Source of the DNA: the human T2T-CHM13v2.0 reference genome, Homo sapiens
Direction: 5' to 3' (one strand)
DNA length: 64,000 nt
NCBI RefSeq assembly: GCF_009914755.1
Contig: NC_060930.1
The first letter of the stretch is position 1; the number at the start of each line of letters is the position of its first letter. The notes below the pieces were generated by a model. It had not been told where the DNA came from. It searched no databases and worked only from the letters and a program-made list of their open reading frames with translations. The translations under genes were made by a program, and so were the position numbers. This document shows, piece by piece, positions 42,920 to 64,000 of this stretch.

Positions 42920-43875
42920 TCAGCACAGAAGTAAAACTTACCCAGCCTGGGATAAACCACCATAAATTGTGATTAGTTGGTCTAAATTAAAGTAGATTTA
43001 TTTTTTGATTTACCAGTGAATGATTGATTTGTCCCCTTGCTGTCATTTATCTTTACATTATTACAGAAGAAAATATTTCATACAAGCATTTTACTATTTT
43101 TGTTGGTTTTGATCACTAAAAAGTAGCTCTTTTTTGGAGAATCTTTATCTGTGCTGCTGCTGAAGAATTCTTTAGCACATGAGGATCTGTATTTTTCATC
43201 TTCTTCCTTTCATGTGTGTTCCATTCAGATCAGGAAATTGACATTTCAGCTTAGAAGACTTAGGCCAGATGTTAGTTCACTGGCTGAAAGATGGATTTCC
43301 TGCCCCAATAGGTGACCTCTGAAAGCAAAATAGGCTTTTTCTTAATGGATAGACTGTCCAAATGACCTCATTTCTAGAACAAGGCTTCTTTGTTAAGTGT
43401 CTCTTTGCTATTGGAATCAACATCATCTGATTTTTGAGAACATTCATTAGATAGCTAGCACCTAGTTGTTTCATTTATAAGGCATAGGAAAAAAATTATG
43501 CCTAGACAATCCATTTAAAAAAGAATTGTGTTCATTGAGAGGGAAATGGTGCAGAAAATCTGGTGCCTGCTCACCCATATTAATATGTCTTTTAGATTTC
43601 AAACCTCATTCAGGCCAGCACTAGCCATAGGAGCAGAGCATGCTATGTACTTCCCTTAACAGGGAATTGTTTCACTAAGCTAGACCAAGGCACTATTTAA
43701 AGAAATAACCATGACCCCAATGTCCTGTCACTTGAAGCTTCTCTCTCCATATGTGAGAAACTCATTGAAGACATTGCCACAGTGCCACCTCTTTTGATGA
43801 TTTCTTCATAGAGTTCATTTATTTATATCTTCAATTGTATAAGACAGCTCAGAAGAACTGAGATAACTAAGCCTT

Positions 43876-43923
43876 TGTGTGTGTGAGTGTGTATGTGTGT
43901 GTGTCTGTGCATCCGTGTGTGTC
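43876..43923. repeat. interrupted (TG)n
   Basis: Directly visible. Confidence 0.8.
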
Positions 43924-44829
43924 ACAAAAAATGCAATTAGAAGGAAAGTACTCTAGAGAGGAACATGGCCTTCAACAACAGGGGCGAGTCCCTATGACTT
44001 ACTATATTTGGTAAGGAGAAGAGTTAGATGGCGTGAGAAGAAAGATATATGTTTCTGAGATTCTGAAACAATGGAATTTTACAGCTGAGGGAAAAGTTGA
44101 GTTTTCTTTCTTTTTTTTTCAGGAACAGGAATGGGAGTGTCTCTTTGTAAGGGCTGGCAGATGAATTTTACTAGTATAAAAATCATGCTACTCTAATACA
44201 AAAATGTTGGCATTTCCATGAAAGACAGAGAACAGACACAAACAGGGTTAACCTCAGGGCTCCACCATGCATCTGGCACTCATGGGTCTTCCTCAAGTAA
44301 TTATCTGGTAGATCTGTGACTTAAAAAATGAGTAGTAAAAAAGGATATCGAACTTTGCTTTATAATGACTCAACACATACTTTTCCCAGAATGTTATATT
44401 CAGCTCACTGCCTTTTTTAAAAATACTCATGCAAATGTCATTAATCATACGTGTGGTGTTGTTGTTCACCCAAAGTATTGTGCAAGCATACATCAACTCT
44501 GGATAAGACTGTAATGATCCTCTGTTTCCTGGGATTAATTACGTGAGTGAGAATCTTTTGTTCTATGCACATAACACGATGGCACCTCAAAGAAGCAGAG
44601 CAAGAGTTTTAACTGGAGCTTTAAAATTTATTGGAAAAAAATATTTTCCATAACCATGTTTAAGAGCAAGAGAGACAGCCAAGTGGACATTCTCATAGGG
44701 TAAAGTTTATTAGAAGACAAGATTGATAAATCAATTTGGTTGATGGATACTTCCCAGCTGCACTTTTAAGTCTTTTCTTACATAACTTGGAAACAGTTAA
44801 CAATCTCTGGTCTCTTATTAACACATTCC

Positions 44830-45180
<351 letters not shown>

Positions 45181-45553
45181 TAGCAGGAAGTGTGATTCTA
45201 AAGATCATTTCCCTCAGTGTTTCCTTTTTTTCTTCTCCTAAGTGTCGGGTGGCTTTCATATAATCTTACGGTTCTCTGTAGGAGAGGCTGTTCTCATCTT
45301 AATTCAGAAGTAACTCAATGGTGAGTTGAAGTCTCTTGGTTCCTGCCTTAAACAGTATGGGATGCAATTCACATAGCCCACTTTTTTGATCCTCATGGGC
45401 ATCTGTATAGATCTTGCCAGAAATTTGCTTCTTGTCTATAATGTGTTACCAAATTTTTCCGAATCTTCATAGTTCAGAATTACAAGTGGCTTTAGAAATC
45501 TAGTCTGAACCCGCTGTGTATAATAAAATAAATACCTGTTGTGATATTATTGA

Positions 45554-46240
<687 letters not shown>

Positions 46241-46959
46241 GCCCAGAGAAAAGGATTTACATCCCTGCAGCCTCACTTTGTTTATTTCCCTTCTCTCCCT
46301 AGCCTGTTCTGCTGTCTGCACTTTGTTTTAATTTCTCTTTAGTTTGCTCTTAGCTCTTCTCCCACTTCTTTCACCAAACACTCCCTGATGAAGGGCTTTT
46401 TAACAGGTAATGCTTTAGCATGGGTTTGGCTCACCTGTAAGGCATTTGTGGGGGAAAAAAAAAATGGTGTGGATTTGTGATGGGGAAAATGTTTTAACCT
46501 ATCAGTCTTTCCTTGAAGTCAGTTCCCCCAAGGCATTGTGGAATGCCCCATGTAGGAGTGCCAGAAAGGATTGCTGACTGTAGGCAAAAATTAAATGAGC
46601 TTATATACTTTCATTGCTCAATTTCAGCAGCAGGAACTATGGTAAAAAATAAATTGGACTATTTATAATCTTTCAGATTTAATCTCTGCTATAAGCAGAA
46701 AATGTGTTGTTGTCGTCTGTAACAAATAACAAGTATTTAAATGAATCTGTGTTCCTAAAACATATGCTATTCTAAGGGAGAATGCATTTTAATTTCAATA
46801 TTTAATCGTCTGCCCTTTAAAACCAAGTATCTCAAATCCAACAGAGCTTTAAAAAAAAAAAAGGATACAACCAAATATCTCCAAATACCTGATTTCTTCA
46901 TTCACTTGTCTCATGGTAAGTTAGTTATTTTGCCAGTGAGTTTTTAAAAATAATCTACT

Positions 46960-47312
<353 letters not shown>

Positions 47313-47369
47313 TTAAAACTTCACATTTCCTCAGCTCCTCTTCCTTACTCTGACATACCTATAGTCTGC

Positions 47370-49773
<2,404 letters not shown>

Positions 49774-50429
49774 TCACAGAGATGGTGAGGGAAGGGAAGG
49801 ATGAAGTTGGTAGTTTGAATAAATGAATGGATATATCCGAAAACTGAAGCAAGAAAGGAGCAGGGAGGGAGGGTTGGATCATGGTAGGAAATCATAAATT
49901 CCATTTGAGGAATGTGAAAGTTTCACTGAAATACATCTGAACCTCAGCTCAATGCCTGGCAGAGAGTAGGTTTTCCATAAATGATGACAGCGATGGTTAC
50001 TGCTGCTGTTAATACCTTTACTATGAAAACTGAAGCATCCTAATCACCCCGCCCCACCCGAGGTAAACTCCCAGCTCCATTACTCAGCAACGGCATTCCA
50101 GAGCTAGAGTTGACTCCTCTTCATGATCACAGAGACGTAGGTATGAACAAGGAAATTTCCTATTTATAGATACAGCCTCATTGGATGAGTGGTAGGGGAA
50201 GGAAAAACAAAAAGAGGGTAAAAAGAGAAAGGTTATAATGATGAATTATAATTTATCAAGGTGCCTGTGTCATCACAGATAACCTCACAACTGTATCAAA
50301 TAAGTGGAATTTTCCCATTTCACAGATAAGATAAACAACTGGCCCAATATAGGAACTTGAGTAAAAATGGAAAACCTAGCTTTGTCTTGACCTCATTACA
50401 TTTGTGCTTTCTATTATGAAACTGCATCC

Positions 50430-50730
<301 letters not shown>

Positions 50731-50749
50731 CTGAAACTGTATCTTTACT

Positions 50750-51172
50750 GCTGCTAAAGAGGTAAATGGGAGCACAATAAACATTTTAATAGAGTTTATT
50801 TGAGCAAACAACATTTCATGGACTTGACAGCTCTAAACCAGAAGTGGTTCAGGAACTCCACCAAGGGAATCTATGGGGAGGCCTTTATAAGACAGAAACA
50901 GAGGTAAAGCAAAGCAAACATTTGATTGGATATAATTACACAATTGCCTTATTTGATTGATCTCCTATGAAAGTTCCTAATTATGAAAGTTTGTTGGCTA
51001 CCTCTGATTGGTTGAGCTTAAGTTCTGTTTTTCTGTAATACAGGCATTTGTAAGAGTTAGCTCAAGTTAAGTTTTCCTTAGGTTTGCAAATCAAGAAAGG
51101 TTGAGTTCACTAAGTGGTTTTGTCTTCGCAGGGATTCTGCAGGCCTGATCTCTATTTTACCTTACTTTAACC
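50750..51172 (-). mobile_element. ERV1 (MER4-group, MER31/MER67-like) solo LTR
   Basis: agagtttatttgagcaaa...tgattgg...gccttatttg...tgattggttgagcttaag pattern. Confidence 0.55.
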
Positions 51173-51309
51173 CTGCCCAGCGGAAAACTAATTACATTTC
51201 GTATGTTGACATAATGACCTAAATAGGCTGTACCTATACTCTAAATACCCCACAACTTGTAGACTAATGGCTTTTAAACTTTTGTAATTCTGGCCCACAG
51301 TTAAGAACA

Positions 51310-51918
<609 letters not shown>

Positions 51919-52383
51919 TAAGAACAAGTTTTTACAAAGCAAGCCAGTGTAAACATTTATCTGTACATACGTGTGTATATGTATATATGTGTTGTACACT
52001 TATCTGTGCAACAATATGATGGAGACTAATTTCCAATAAATAACAGAGATTGCTAAATTATCAACATTCTTAATGAATGCATTATGGTGATAGTTTTCAC
52101 TCATTTGTGACAACAAATGTTTATTATGAGCCACAGAATTGATTCTGTAATCAACTTTTGCATCTCTACTAGAAGTCTAGAAAAATCTTCTACGTCACTT
52201 TCCTTGGAATTCACTCACCCACAGAAGGACGATTTCAATGAGTTGGATGAGATTCCTGATGGTAAGAGAAAAAGGGGAGTAGGATTCCAGTATACCCATC
52301 TTCAATGGAATATCTACACTTCCCTGCCTTGAAGAACTTTGTGGGAATCAAATGGAGTATGATACAGATGAAAAGACTTTTAA

Positions 52384-52700
<317 letters not shown>

Positions 52701-52867
52701 TGATAATATAAATCAGTTTGTTCTTACTTTGATTCTGCCCCATGTAGCTGTGTTCACTTGGACTCATCATTCAAGTTCTCTGGAGCCTACTTCCTCATCT
52801 GTAAAATGAAGGATTTGACCTAGATCTTTTTCGAGGCCCTTTTCCATTTCCATGAGGTAGAATTCTA

Positions 52868-53365
<498 letters not shown>

Positions 53366-53424
53366 TCAATCTTGGGAGTGGTAATCAGATCATGTTGAGT
53401 TAACACATGGAAATTGATAAGTAG

Positions 53425-54102
<678 letters not shown>

Positions 54103-54390
54103 GTTTAATTACACTGATGCGGGTATGTGTTGTCACTAAACTGTACGTGTCTTTAGATGACCCTGAAACATACTATAACCTGTGAAGAAGCAGGTGGCCA
54201 TTAGTATGGCCTTGCCTCATCTTGGATGGGGAAACTAGCACCAGGTCAAATGCTTTGCCCCAGGTCATCTGATGAGTCAAGAAGAAAATGATTCTGGATT
54301 GGTGCTGGAGAGTCAGGCTTCATCCTAACCCCAGCCCCAACTGCCCGGCTTGCCTGGCTCCTTGCTGAGTTATTTGCTGGAAAGTGTTTA

Positions 54391-54783
<393 letters not shown>

Positions 54784-55109
54784 TCAAATTCTTAAATATA
54801 CCAATACAGTCAACTGTAAAGGCTATTTATCTTTTCCTATCATTTACTTATATTTATCTATTTATAGAAATGACAATTAAAAAAACCTCATCAGCCTTAA
54901 CTGAATTTATTTTTATTCAAAGTATCACAGAGCACGAGGGAGCCTTGAAAACCCATCTGGCCTAACTCCGGCATCAGCCTAGGAAAGCACAAGACCTGGC
55001 TGTACTGACTCATAGTTCAGTGCTCTTTCTACTTCAACACAATGCCTCAATGCTATTAAGGAGAAATTTAATAATTCTTTTGGTTTCCTTTCACAAACAT
55101 TATCGTCAG

Positions 55110-55727
55110 AGACTGTGCGCAGTGGCTCATGCCTATAATCCCAGCACTTGAGGAGACCAAGGAGGGAGGATCCCTTGAGTCCAGGAGTTTGAGACCACCT
55201 TGGGCAACAGCAAGAGATCATGTCTCTATAAAAAATTTAAAAAATTAGTCTGGTGCAGCGGTGTGCCTGTAGTCCCTGCTACTCAGGTGGTTGAGGCAGG
55301 AGGATTGCTTGAGCCCAGGAGTTCAAGGCCGCAGTGAGCTACGATTGCAGCACTGCACTGCCGGGGTGAGAGAGCAGGACCTTGTCTCTAAAAAAATTTT
55401 TCAGCATACTTTTTTTTTCTTTGGAGACAGAGAGTCTTCCTCTGTCACCCAGGCTGGAGTGCAGCAGCAGGACCTCACTGTAACCTTCGCCTCCTGGGTT
55501 CAAGCTATTCTCCTGCCTCAGCCTCCTGAGTAGCTGGGATTACAGGCATGTTCCAACACTCTTGCTATGTTTTGTTTTTTTTTTTTGTTTTTTTTTTTTT
55601 TGTATTTTTAGTAGAGACAGGGTTTTGCTGTGTTGACCAGGCTGTTCTCAAAATCCTGGCCTCAAGTGATTCGCCCGCCTCAGCCTCCCAAAGTGCTGGG
55701 ATTACAGGCGCCAGCCCCGCACCCGCC
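55110..55727. mobile_element. tail-to-tail inverted Alu pair (plus AluJ 55110-55396, minus AluS 55410-55727)
   Basis: A-tail and T-tail about 13 bp apart. Confidence 0.85.
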
Positions 55728-57006
55728 AAAAACACACAAAAATTATCAGGGATTGTGTTTATAAATTTAGTTACTTTTGAAAATGTTTTTACATTTTGAA
55801 CTTTCCTGTAAGGACTATTCACCCATTGCATTGATTGGTGCTCACAGCACTTAATACTTGAACAAGGGGAATTCAAGGACATGCTCTTATCCCCTTTCAA
55901 GTGGACTCAGAAGGAAAACAAAACAAAACAAAACAAAACAAACAAACAAACAAAAAAAACCCCACAATCAACAAGAAACAGGAGAGGCCTCAAAACAAGC
56001 AGGGCTCTCTCCCTGGGGCATCTCACTTTTTTTTTTCCTTTTAAACCACAAGGCCCTAACAGAGGAGCAAACTCCATGTGGTTTCTTAACTGTTTCAAAA
56101 GTGATCAATCACCAAATCGAATGTGACGTGCATTGTCACCTTCCAAGGAAAACTCTGAGTAGTTTTGAAAGATAGAATCACAAAAGGGAAAAATCACCTC
56201 TCCAGGGCTAGTTCCCTTATAAAATAAATCCGTCCTGGGGCTTCCCCTTGGAAAAACACACACAGGGCCCCAAGTGTGTGTAGGCTGACTGGCTACACAA
56301 TCATTTGAATTTAGTTTCGAAAATAGCCCTTCCCTGTGTCCCTAATGTAAAGGAATAATTAAAACCCAAAGCGCATTTCCCTTAATTAGCCGAAAGCCCT
56401 AGCAATGCATGGCATTGTGGGCATTCAGGAGCCAAAATGCCCCCACTCATAAAAAATGATCCAAACAATGGCTCGTGCCCAAGCTTTCACACTTGTTTTG
56501 CAGAGAAGTCTTGGCTGGCAGAGGCAGGATTTGTAATTCCTTGGGTCGCTTGACTTCACGAGGGGCGAGGTATGCATTGTAGCGACACGGACTACTTGTG
56601 AAGCCTTTGGGCGGGAGTCGCTTAAAGATTAACTTTCTCGGGTTTCCGTTACCAAAAGCGTTTCCGTGAATAGCGTGATTGGAAACTTGTGCGGGCCGGA
56701 GACCGCGGCGCGGCTGCTCTTTCAACAGGCGATTTGTTCTCCTGTCCGAGGCTCATTTCCATGCAAAGAGCCTGACATCAGAGCACCTTTTGTTGCTAAA
56801 CGCTTTCTTTAGCCTCGAGGGAGAGAGTCATGTGGAGCTGGAAGAGCTCATTTTGAAGAGAGGGGTCCCGGGGAGCTCCCTCCAAGATCTAGAGGCTCCG
56901 CGGCCACCCCTGCCGGGTCCTGCCAAGACTTGCTAGAAGGAACGAGTCGCGTGCCTTAGTTAGTTGGTTCCCGTCACAGGAAGAAACGCCTTTGCAGTGG
57001 GTTTAA

Positions 57007-57534
<528 letters not shown>

Positions 57535-58379
57535 TGAAACCGGGGGCTCCCTTCTCGCCCACCCACTGGGCAACCCACTCCGCAGAGGCGTCCTTCTCTG
57601 GCTCTAGTTCTTAGGGGGCTAAATACACACAGTATAGGATTTCAAACCCTAATTAAAAAATAACCAGCCACAGGTCCCGTCAAAAGGTGTTTTTTAAACA
57701 ATCGGGTATGATATTCAACAGTTTAATCTGGGACACCTGCTGACATGTTGGTGTGGAAAAGGCGAGAAAGAGGCCTTCAAAAAGTAGATGTAAATAAATA
57801 TTTGGTTGGTGCTGGATTAGGGAAAAGGCTGATGTTACTGATGTTTATCTCTTCACCATTTGTTGTGTGACCACAAGAGGGAAAACAAACATTTCCTTAC
57901 TCAGAACTGCCAAAATGTTTGCCTACTTTTTTTTGCAGTTTTTCAATTTGTGGAGTTACAGGATATTTGTTTTATATGTTTGGGGCTAAAACAATAGGAC
58001 TTATTTTGCTAAATCTGTGCTGTCATGTATTTTGAAATGTCCAGTGACTAAAAGCGCCCCTGGATTTGGCATAGTCTCTGGGAAGCAGTTCTTCTGTATG
58101 GAGGGTGAAGTTTTAACCTGCTCAGGGTTGAATACCTTGGGGAAGTAATAGATTTGCTTTGGTGGAGCTGTAGTTAGGCAGGTAGACTGGAATCAGATGG
58201 GCGAGGTTTATTACAGTCAGACATCTTAATCCATACATAAAAGACAACTTTAGTTTAAAGACTTGGAATGGCCAGATGTGCAGATTATCAGAAAAGTCTC
58301 TAGATTTGCTTTGAGATCTTATATTTTTTGAGTGGGAGGAGATGGAGTGAAAGTTCTTCTTTGGGAATGATAAACCGTG

Positions 58380-58635
58380 TACAGTTTTTAGCACAGTGAT
58401 TAAACTCTTGGGCTTCAAAGTAAGTTATACTAGGTCAAATGCCAGCTCTCCAATTGACTGTTTACATGATCTTGGCCAAGTCATTCAACCTCTCTGATCC
58501 TCAGTTTCATCACCTGAAAATTGAAGAAAAGAAGACTTGCTTCTTGGGGTTTCTGAGATTTAGCTGGGTTGATGTGTGTATCAAGTACTCAGCAGACTGT
58601 ATAGCATATAGTAGAGGCTCAATAAGTGTAGCTGT
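58380..58635 (+). mobile_element. MIR
   Basis: cttggccaagtcattcaacctctctgatcctcagtttcatcacctgaaaatt core. Confidence 0.75.
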
Positions 58636-58988
58636 CTTTCAGGTTTTATTTGTTTCCTGCAAAGTCTCCTGTCTCTTCCTTCTGGACATCCTAAAAGCCC
58701 AGTTACTCCATTTTCAGGTGACCATTGGTATTTATGATTCTTACTATACAGAGAACCAGCGAGCGTTGGTTAAAGATTTCTATCTGCTCTTGTCACTCTC
58801 CAGTATTGAAAAATGTATATAAATATGCATGCAATGTATATTTACATACTATATATAGCACATGTATATAATATACCTAAATCTAATATATATTTTAGAT
58901 TTAAAAGGTTTTGTTTTTGCATTTTCTGAAGTATACAGATGAATATGATCCTTCACTGAAGTTCCAGAAAACCTAATGGACATTTTAA

Positions 58989-59307
<319 letters not shown>

Positions 59308-62128
59308 ATAGACTGTTTTTAAGTTATCCTGTTATTTCTTGTCTAGATCCAGTTCTAAGTTTTCAGTCACTGAGGAAATTGGTTTGATAATATCCCATTG
59401 TATCCCTTACTCTAGGGCGTTGGGCTGGGGGCGGGGAGGATTGGGGGCCTGTTTAAATGAAACTTGGGCTGAGGGTTCTTTTGGGGAAGAGGGTTGGCCA
59501 GTGGCATTTTCTGCAGATTTGCTTTCCCTTCCCTGACAGATTCCAGCACTGTTGGGTCAGTTGTAGTGGAGTGTTCTTTGGCTGAGTTAAAAGATGGGGT
59601 GGGGCTTCAGAAGCTCAAACCTGCTATTGAAAGGGCAGATGCAGGAGCAAAGAAAATATGTACTTCAGCTAATCATTCAGGATCAGGCTGGGAAGAACGT
59701 AAAGCCTGTCCCAGACAGGTTGTGTTTGCTCATGTTTTCCTCTTGTTTATCTGGGGTAAACAGGCATGGAGATTGTTCCTTAGTAAAATTCAGAGGAAGA
59801 CATGGCTTACTGCTCCTTTGTAGATGTCTTGCAGGGAGACACCAGGCTAAAAGGGAGGGAAAGCTGTCATCCAAGTGTTTATACAAACTGAGTCTTCGGG
59901 GAAATACATCAAGACACAAAATTAACAGTTGACTTTATTCTCACTGAAACAAGAGACACCATTTCCTTCCTTTTTAATTTAAAATATAAGATTTTGCAAT
60001 CATCTATCAATCTAGACAGGTGAAGTGACTTGGCCAATGGCACATACCATGTTAGTGACAATGTTAGACTTGTCCCCGGTCGCTGGCCCCTCCAGTAGGG
60101 ATCCTGATGTCATGACGCTCCATAGTTAACTCTCAGATGAATTCAGTAGAAATGTAGTTCAGTACATTTAGAAATCCTGTGTGTTTTAGGTAAAATGTGA
60201 CTTACAAGATTCTTTTTCCGTACTGAACTTGAAGAGGACAGTAGAGGTAGTTGGGAAATTACACATCTGAACATTATCCTTAACAGATTTCAGACACAGT
60301 TCTACCTTACTTTTTCAGATTATTCTAATTGTGGAAATCAAACCACACAGCTTATTAATACTGTATGTGGAACTTTGAAATGACAAAACTCACAGCTTAG
60401 TAAGTGAAAACATTTTTAGGTGAATGAGCACTATTGAGCAGTTGTCCCCCAGGGGATTTTGTTGGTTATAACCCAGTGAAAGTATTGCCCCAGAGTCATG
60501 GATCTCAGTAAATACAGGATGGTTGTTTGAGTTCATTAGGACACATTTTGCATTTAGATTAATTCAGTCCATGCACAGTTAAGCACCAAATAGTTGCTTT
60601 CAGATAATTGTTAACAAAGTGCTCATTTAGAAAAGAAATAATAGTATAATTTACGGCATGAAAATGTTTGAGCAGTACTAGAATAAATAAATGCTAATAA
60701 GTGAATATATAAATGGATATAGAATTAAGAGAAAACAAGCTTGCAAAAAAAAAAAAAATTAACTAGATTATGAGTGCCTGGAGGGCAGGGTCAGTGTCTT
60801 ACTCATTTTTCTATCTCCAGTGCTCCTGACTTAACTGGGTGCTGAGAACATGGCTTTGTTGAAAGAAAAAGGGGAAAAGTATGTATTTCTTAAATGCAGG
60901 AGTCACATCAAAGCATTGTTCTGTCAAGACACATGTGCCTGCTGTAATGCAATGGGTTACATTTATAAAGATGTGAATACATTCTGCTCTGGCTGAAACT
61001 ACATTTTGGGCAGTTTCATCATGCAAATTAAAATCCCAGTGCTTCCACTGGAAACTAATGGTAAACTGCAACATGTTTATAAGCCCTGAGCTATTAAACC
61101 TTGGCGTTCTTGTGAAATGTGCCATTCTGTTCACTAACACCACGACATGTGGTAGGCCAGGGTTTTCAAAGCATGTCACCTCTCCCTGTGACATGTGTAG
61201 ACTTCTATTGAGAAGTGCAAAACTGAGTTAGAATCCTGTGGAATTTTACCCTTTTTTCTTTACTCCATAGTTGGCAGACACGGCATTCCTTTTTTTAGGT
61301 AGGGGAGGGAAGTTGTTTTTAAGAGCGGGAATTGCTAAGGTTGTTGATACAGTTAGGTGTGGTAGATCCTTTTTTCAGAACTGATTTATCCATTTGGTAA
61401 ATTGTGATGGTTCTTCAGCTTCTGCCTACAGGATTTGAGGACTTCTAAGGCAAAGCCTTAGAAGCCTTTAAATCTACTTGTTAACTGGGAAGGGGGTTAG
61501 TAAGTGCCTATTGTTTGCAGGATCCTGCAAGATGCACCTCCCCCAAACCTGAAATTTCCTCTGTTTTTGCTCTGTTTCTACAATTTACACCCATTTCCCA
61601 GCATGTTTAAAAAATATCCATTGTATAGAGATACTCCGAACCTTCCCCTACTCTAATTCCTGTGCAAGCTACAGAAAGGCAGGCATCAGTCCACAGAACT
61701 GCTATATTCATCCTATCTTACTATTTACTCCATTCCTAAAAAATTAACAAGAAAACCCCTAAAACAAACAAACAAAATGTCTCCCTCTTTTCCTTTGTTG
61801 TTTTAGGCCCAGTGTGGGGAGGGGAGATGTTAGTGAGATCCTGAGGGGGCTTTTAAAATGCTAACTCCTTTGAAAGCAGTTAATTTACATGTTCTCTTGG
61901 GAGGTGTCTAGAGTTGTGCCTATCAGCTAATGACTTAATTAATTTTACGTCTTGGAATTTGAGAGTCAAGCACATTTCAAATATTCTGACTTCACCTTAA
62001 TTTTATGATGTTCCTTTTTTTAGCCCACTGAAGAAAGCCTTGTGGCCTCTCTATGTGGAGAAGTTGCAGGGTTATGTACTGGAAGGGATTGAAGCGCCCT
62101 TGGAAATGCACCCTCAACTCTCATTTAG

Positions 62129-62552
<424 letters not shown>

Positions 62553-63481
62553 GGCTTTGATAATTTTGGTTGGGGTTGCCGAATCTTTTCCTGCTAAAGG
62601 AGACCCCTTAAGCTTAAGTGACCTTCTTCCATGATTCCCTTCTCCTGCCTTTCTGCCTTTATTTGCTGTTCTCTACCTTGTCTTTCTTTTGCTCAGCCAT
62701 ACAACCCTTCCCTCTGCCACCTGGCTTCTTACTGAGGTCCTTTGCATGCAGCTCTATGGGGACGGAGTGAGAGGCAGTGCTCCTGTGTAGAGTCCTGGGG
62801 CTGTGCTGGATCTTGCGCATACATTTCCTTACTTGATCCTTGTAGGAGGTGTGGTCAGTGAGTATTCTTGCCCTCATTTTACAGTTCAGATGTAAACGTC
62901 TGTGTCCTAAGTCATGCAGATAGTAGATGGGGAAGCTGAGAGTTGGATCATGTATTTCCCTGAAACTGACTTCCATTTGCAACTGTGTATAGTTCATTCT
63001 TTCACACATCTTCTTCAGACGTTTATTGGCTGCTAATTTTTGTTTGTTTAAGCTATTGAGCTATTAGCGATACTTGCCCTTGAATTCTACAAAAGGTTAG
63101 TTTTGCTGCAAAAGCCTCAGCCCCACGGTCGCTGAGTATATACCCAACCTCACAGGGCAGTGGGCAGAGCGCCCCGAAGGCGGTAGGATCCCTTCACTCA
63201 GGATCAGCAACCCAGGAGCGTCTGGGCGGCCCCTACCAGACATACCTTTGGATTTGGGCCCTGAGGGATAAGTAGGAGTTCCCAGAGAGGTCTTTTCTAG
63301 TGAGAGGGATAAAAAGGAAGGTGCGAGGTGGGCCCTTCCCCACAGAGCAAAGAGGGACAAAGGTGGAAGGGCACAGATCTCCCAGATCTGGGTGCTGATG
63401 TTGCTGGATAAGGTTTGTGGGCACCGGTGAAAGAGGCCATTGGGCATGGGACTACTTGCGTCTGTGTTTTGGAAAAGTAAC

Positions 63482-63498
63482 TTTTTTATTTCATTCTT

Positions 63499-63529
<31 letters not shown>

Positions 63530-63815
63530 GAGTGAGTCAAACTCTGTTGCCCAGGCTGGAGTTACAGTGGCGCGATCTCGGCTCACTGCAACCCTCCACC
63601 TTCCAGGTTCAAGCAATTCTCCTGCCTCAGCCTCCCAAGTGGCTGGGATTACAGGCATCTGCCACCATGCCTGGCTAATTTTTGTATTTTTAGTAGAAAT
63701 GGGTTTTCACCATGTTGTCCAGGCTGGTCTTGAACTCCTGACCTAAGGTGATCTGCCTGCCTCGGCCTTCCAAAGTGCTGGGATTACAGGCGTGAGCCAT
63801 GACGCCCGCCCGGCC
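63482..63815 (-). mobile_element. AluS
   Basis: TSD gaaaagtaactttt. Confidence 0.88.
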
Positions 63816-64000
63816 AGAAAAGTAACTTTTGTAGGCGATGGGGTGGCAATGAGGTTGGAGGGAAGGAGACTACTTTAGTGACCCAGGCAGGGATAGTGAG
63901 AGCCCCAACCAGATGTTTCTGTGTCGAGTCATTACCTGTCCTCTGGCTGCCTGAGGCCCAACACTTTGTACAGTCTCTAAAGTAATCAAGACTGCTCCAT

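Overview
Primate genomic DNA, almost certainly human. The only protein-coding sequence I can support is the first coding exon of SASH1 (ATG 57325, GT donor after 57480, [10 protein letters not shown](PE)n...[11 protein letters not shown]) inside a CpG-island promoter at about 56550-57600, followed by the start of intron 1. The upstream ~56 kb is repeat-dense: roughly 70 Alu copies or fragments counted by eye (about 30% of the window), a 5'-truncated SVA, old L1/L2/MIR pieces, MLT1, THE1 and ERV1-type LTRs, MER44, MER5 and MER81-like DNA transposons, MADE1 elements and many microsatellites. Nearly all ORFs in the track are Alu or simple-repeat translations. I see no convincing new gene system. 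The most unusual signals are rearrangement fossils: a MADE1 MITE carrying a ~150-bp copy of sequence from 4.5 kb upstream with microhomology junctions, a tandemly duplicated trimeric Alu, an AluY-SVA composite within one target-site duplication (TSD), and two fold-back events at the same Alu quasi-palindrome. The SASH1 leader also has a uORF, G-quadruplex motifs and an open in-frame upstream extension. Repeat subfamily names come from recall of consensus sequences and repeat boundaries are approximate.
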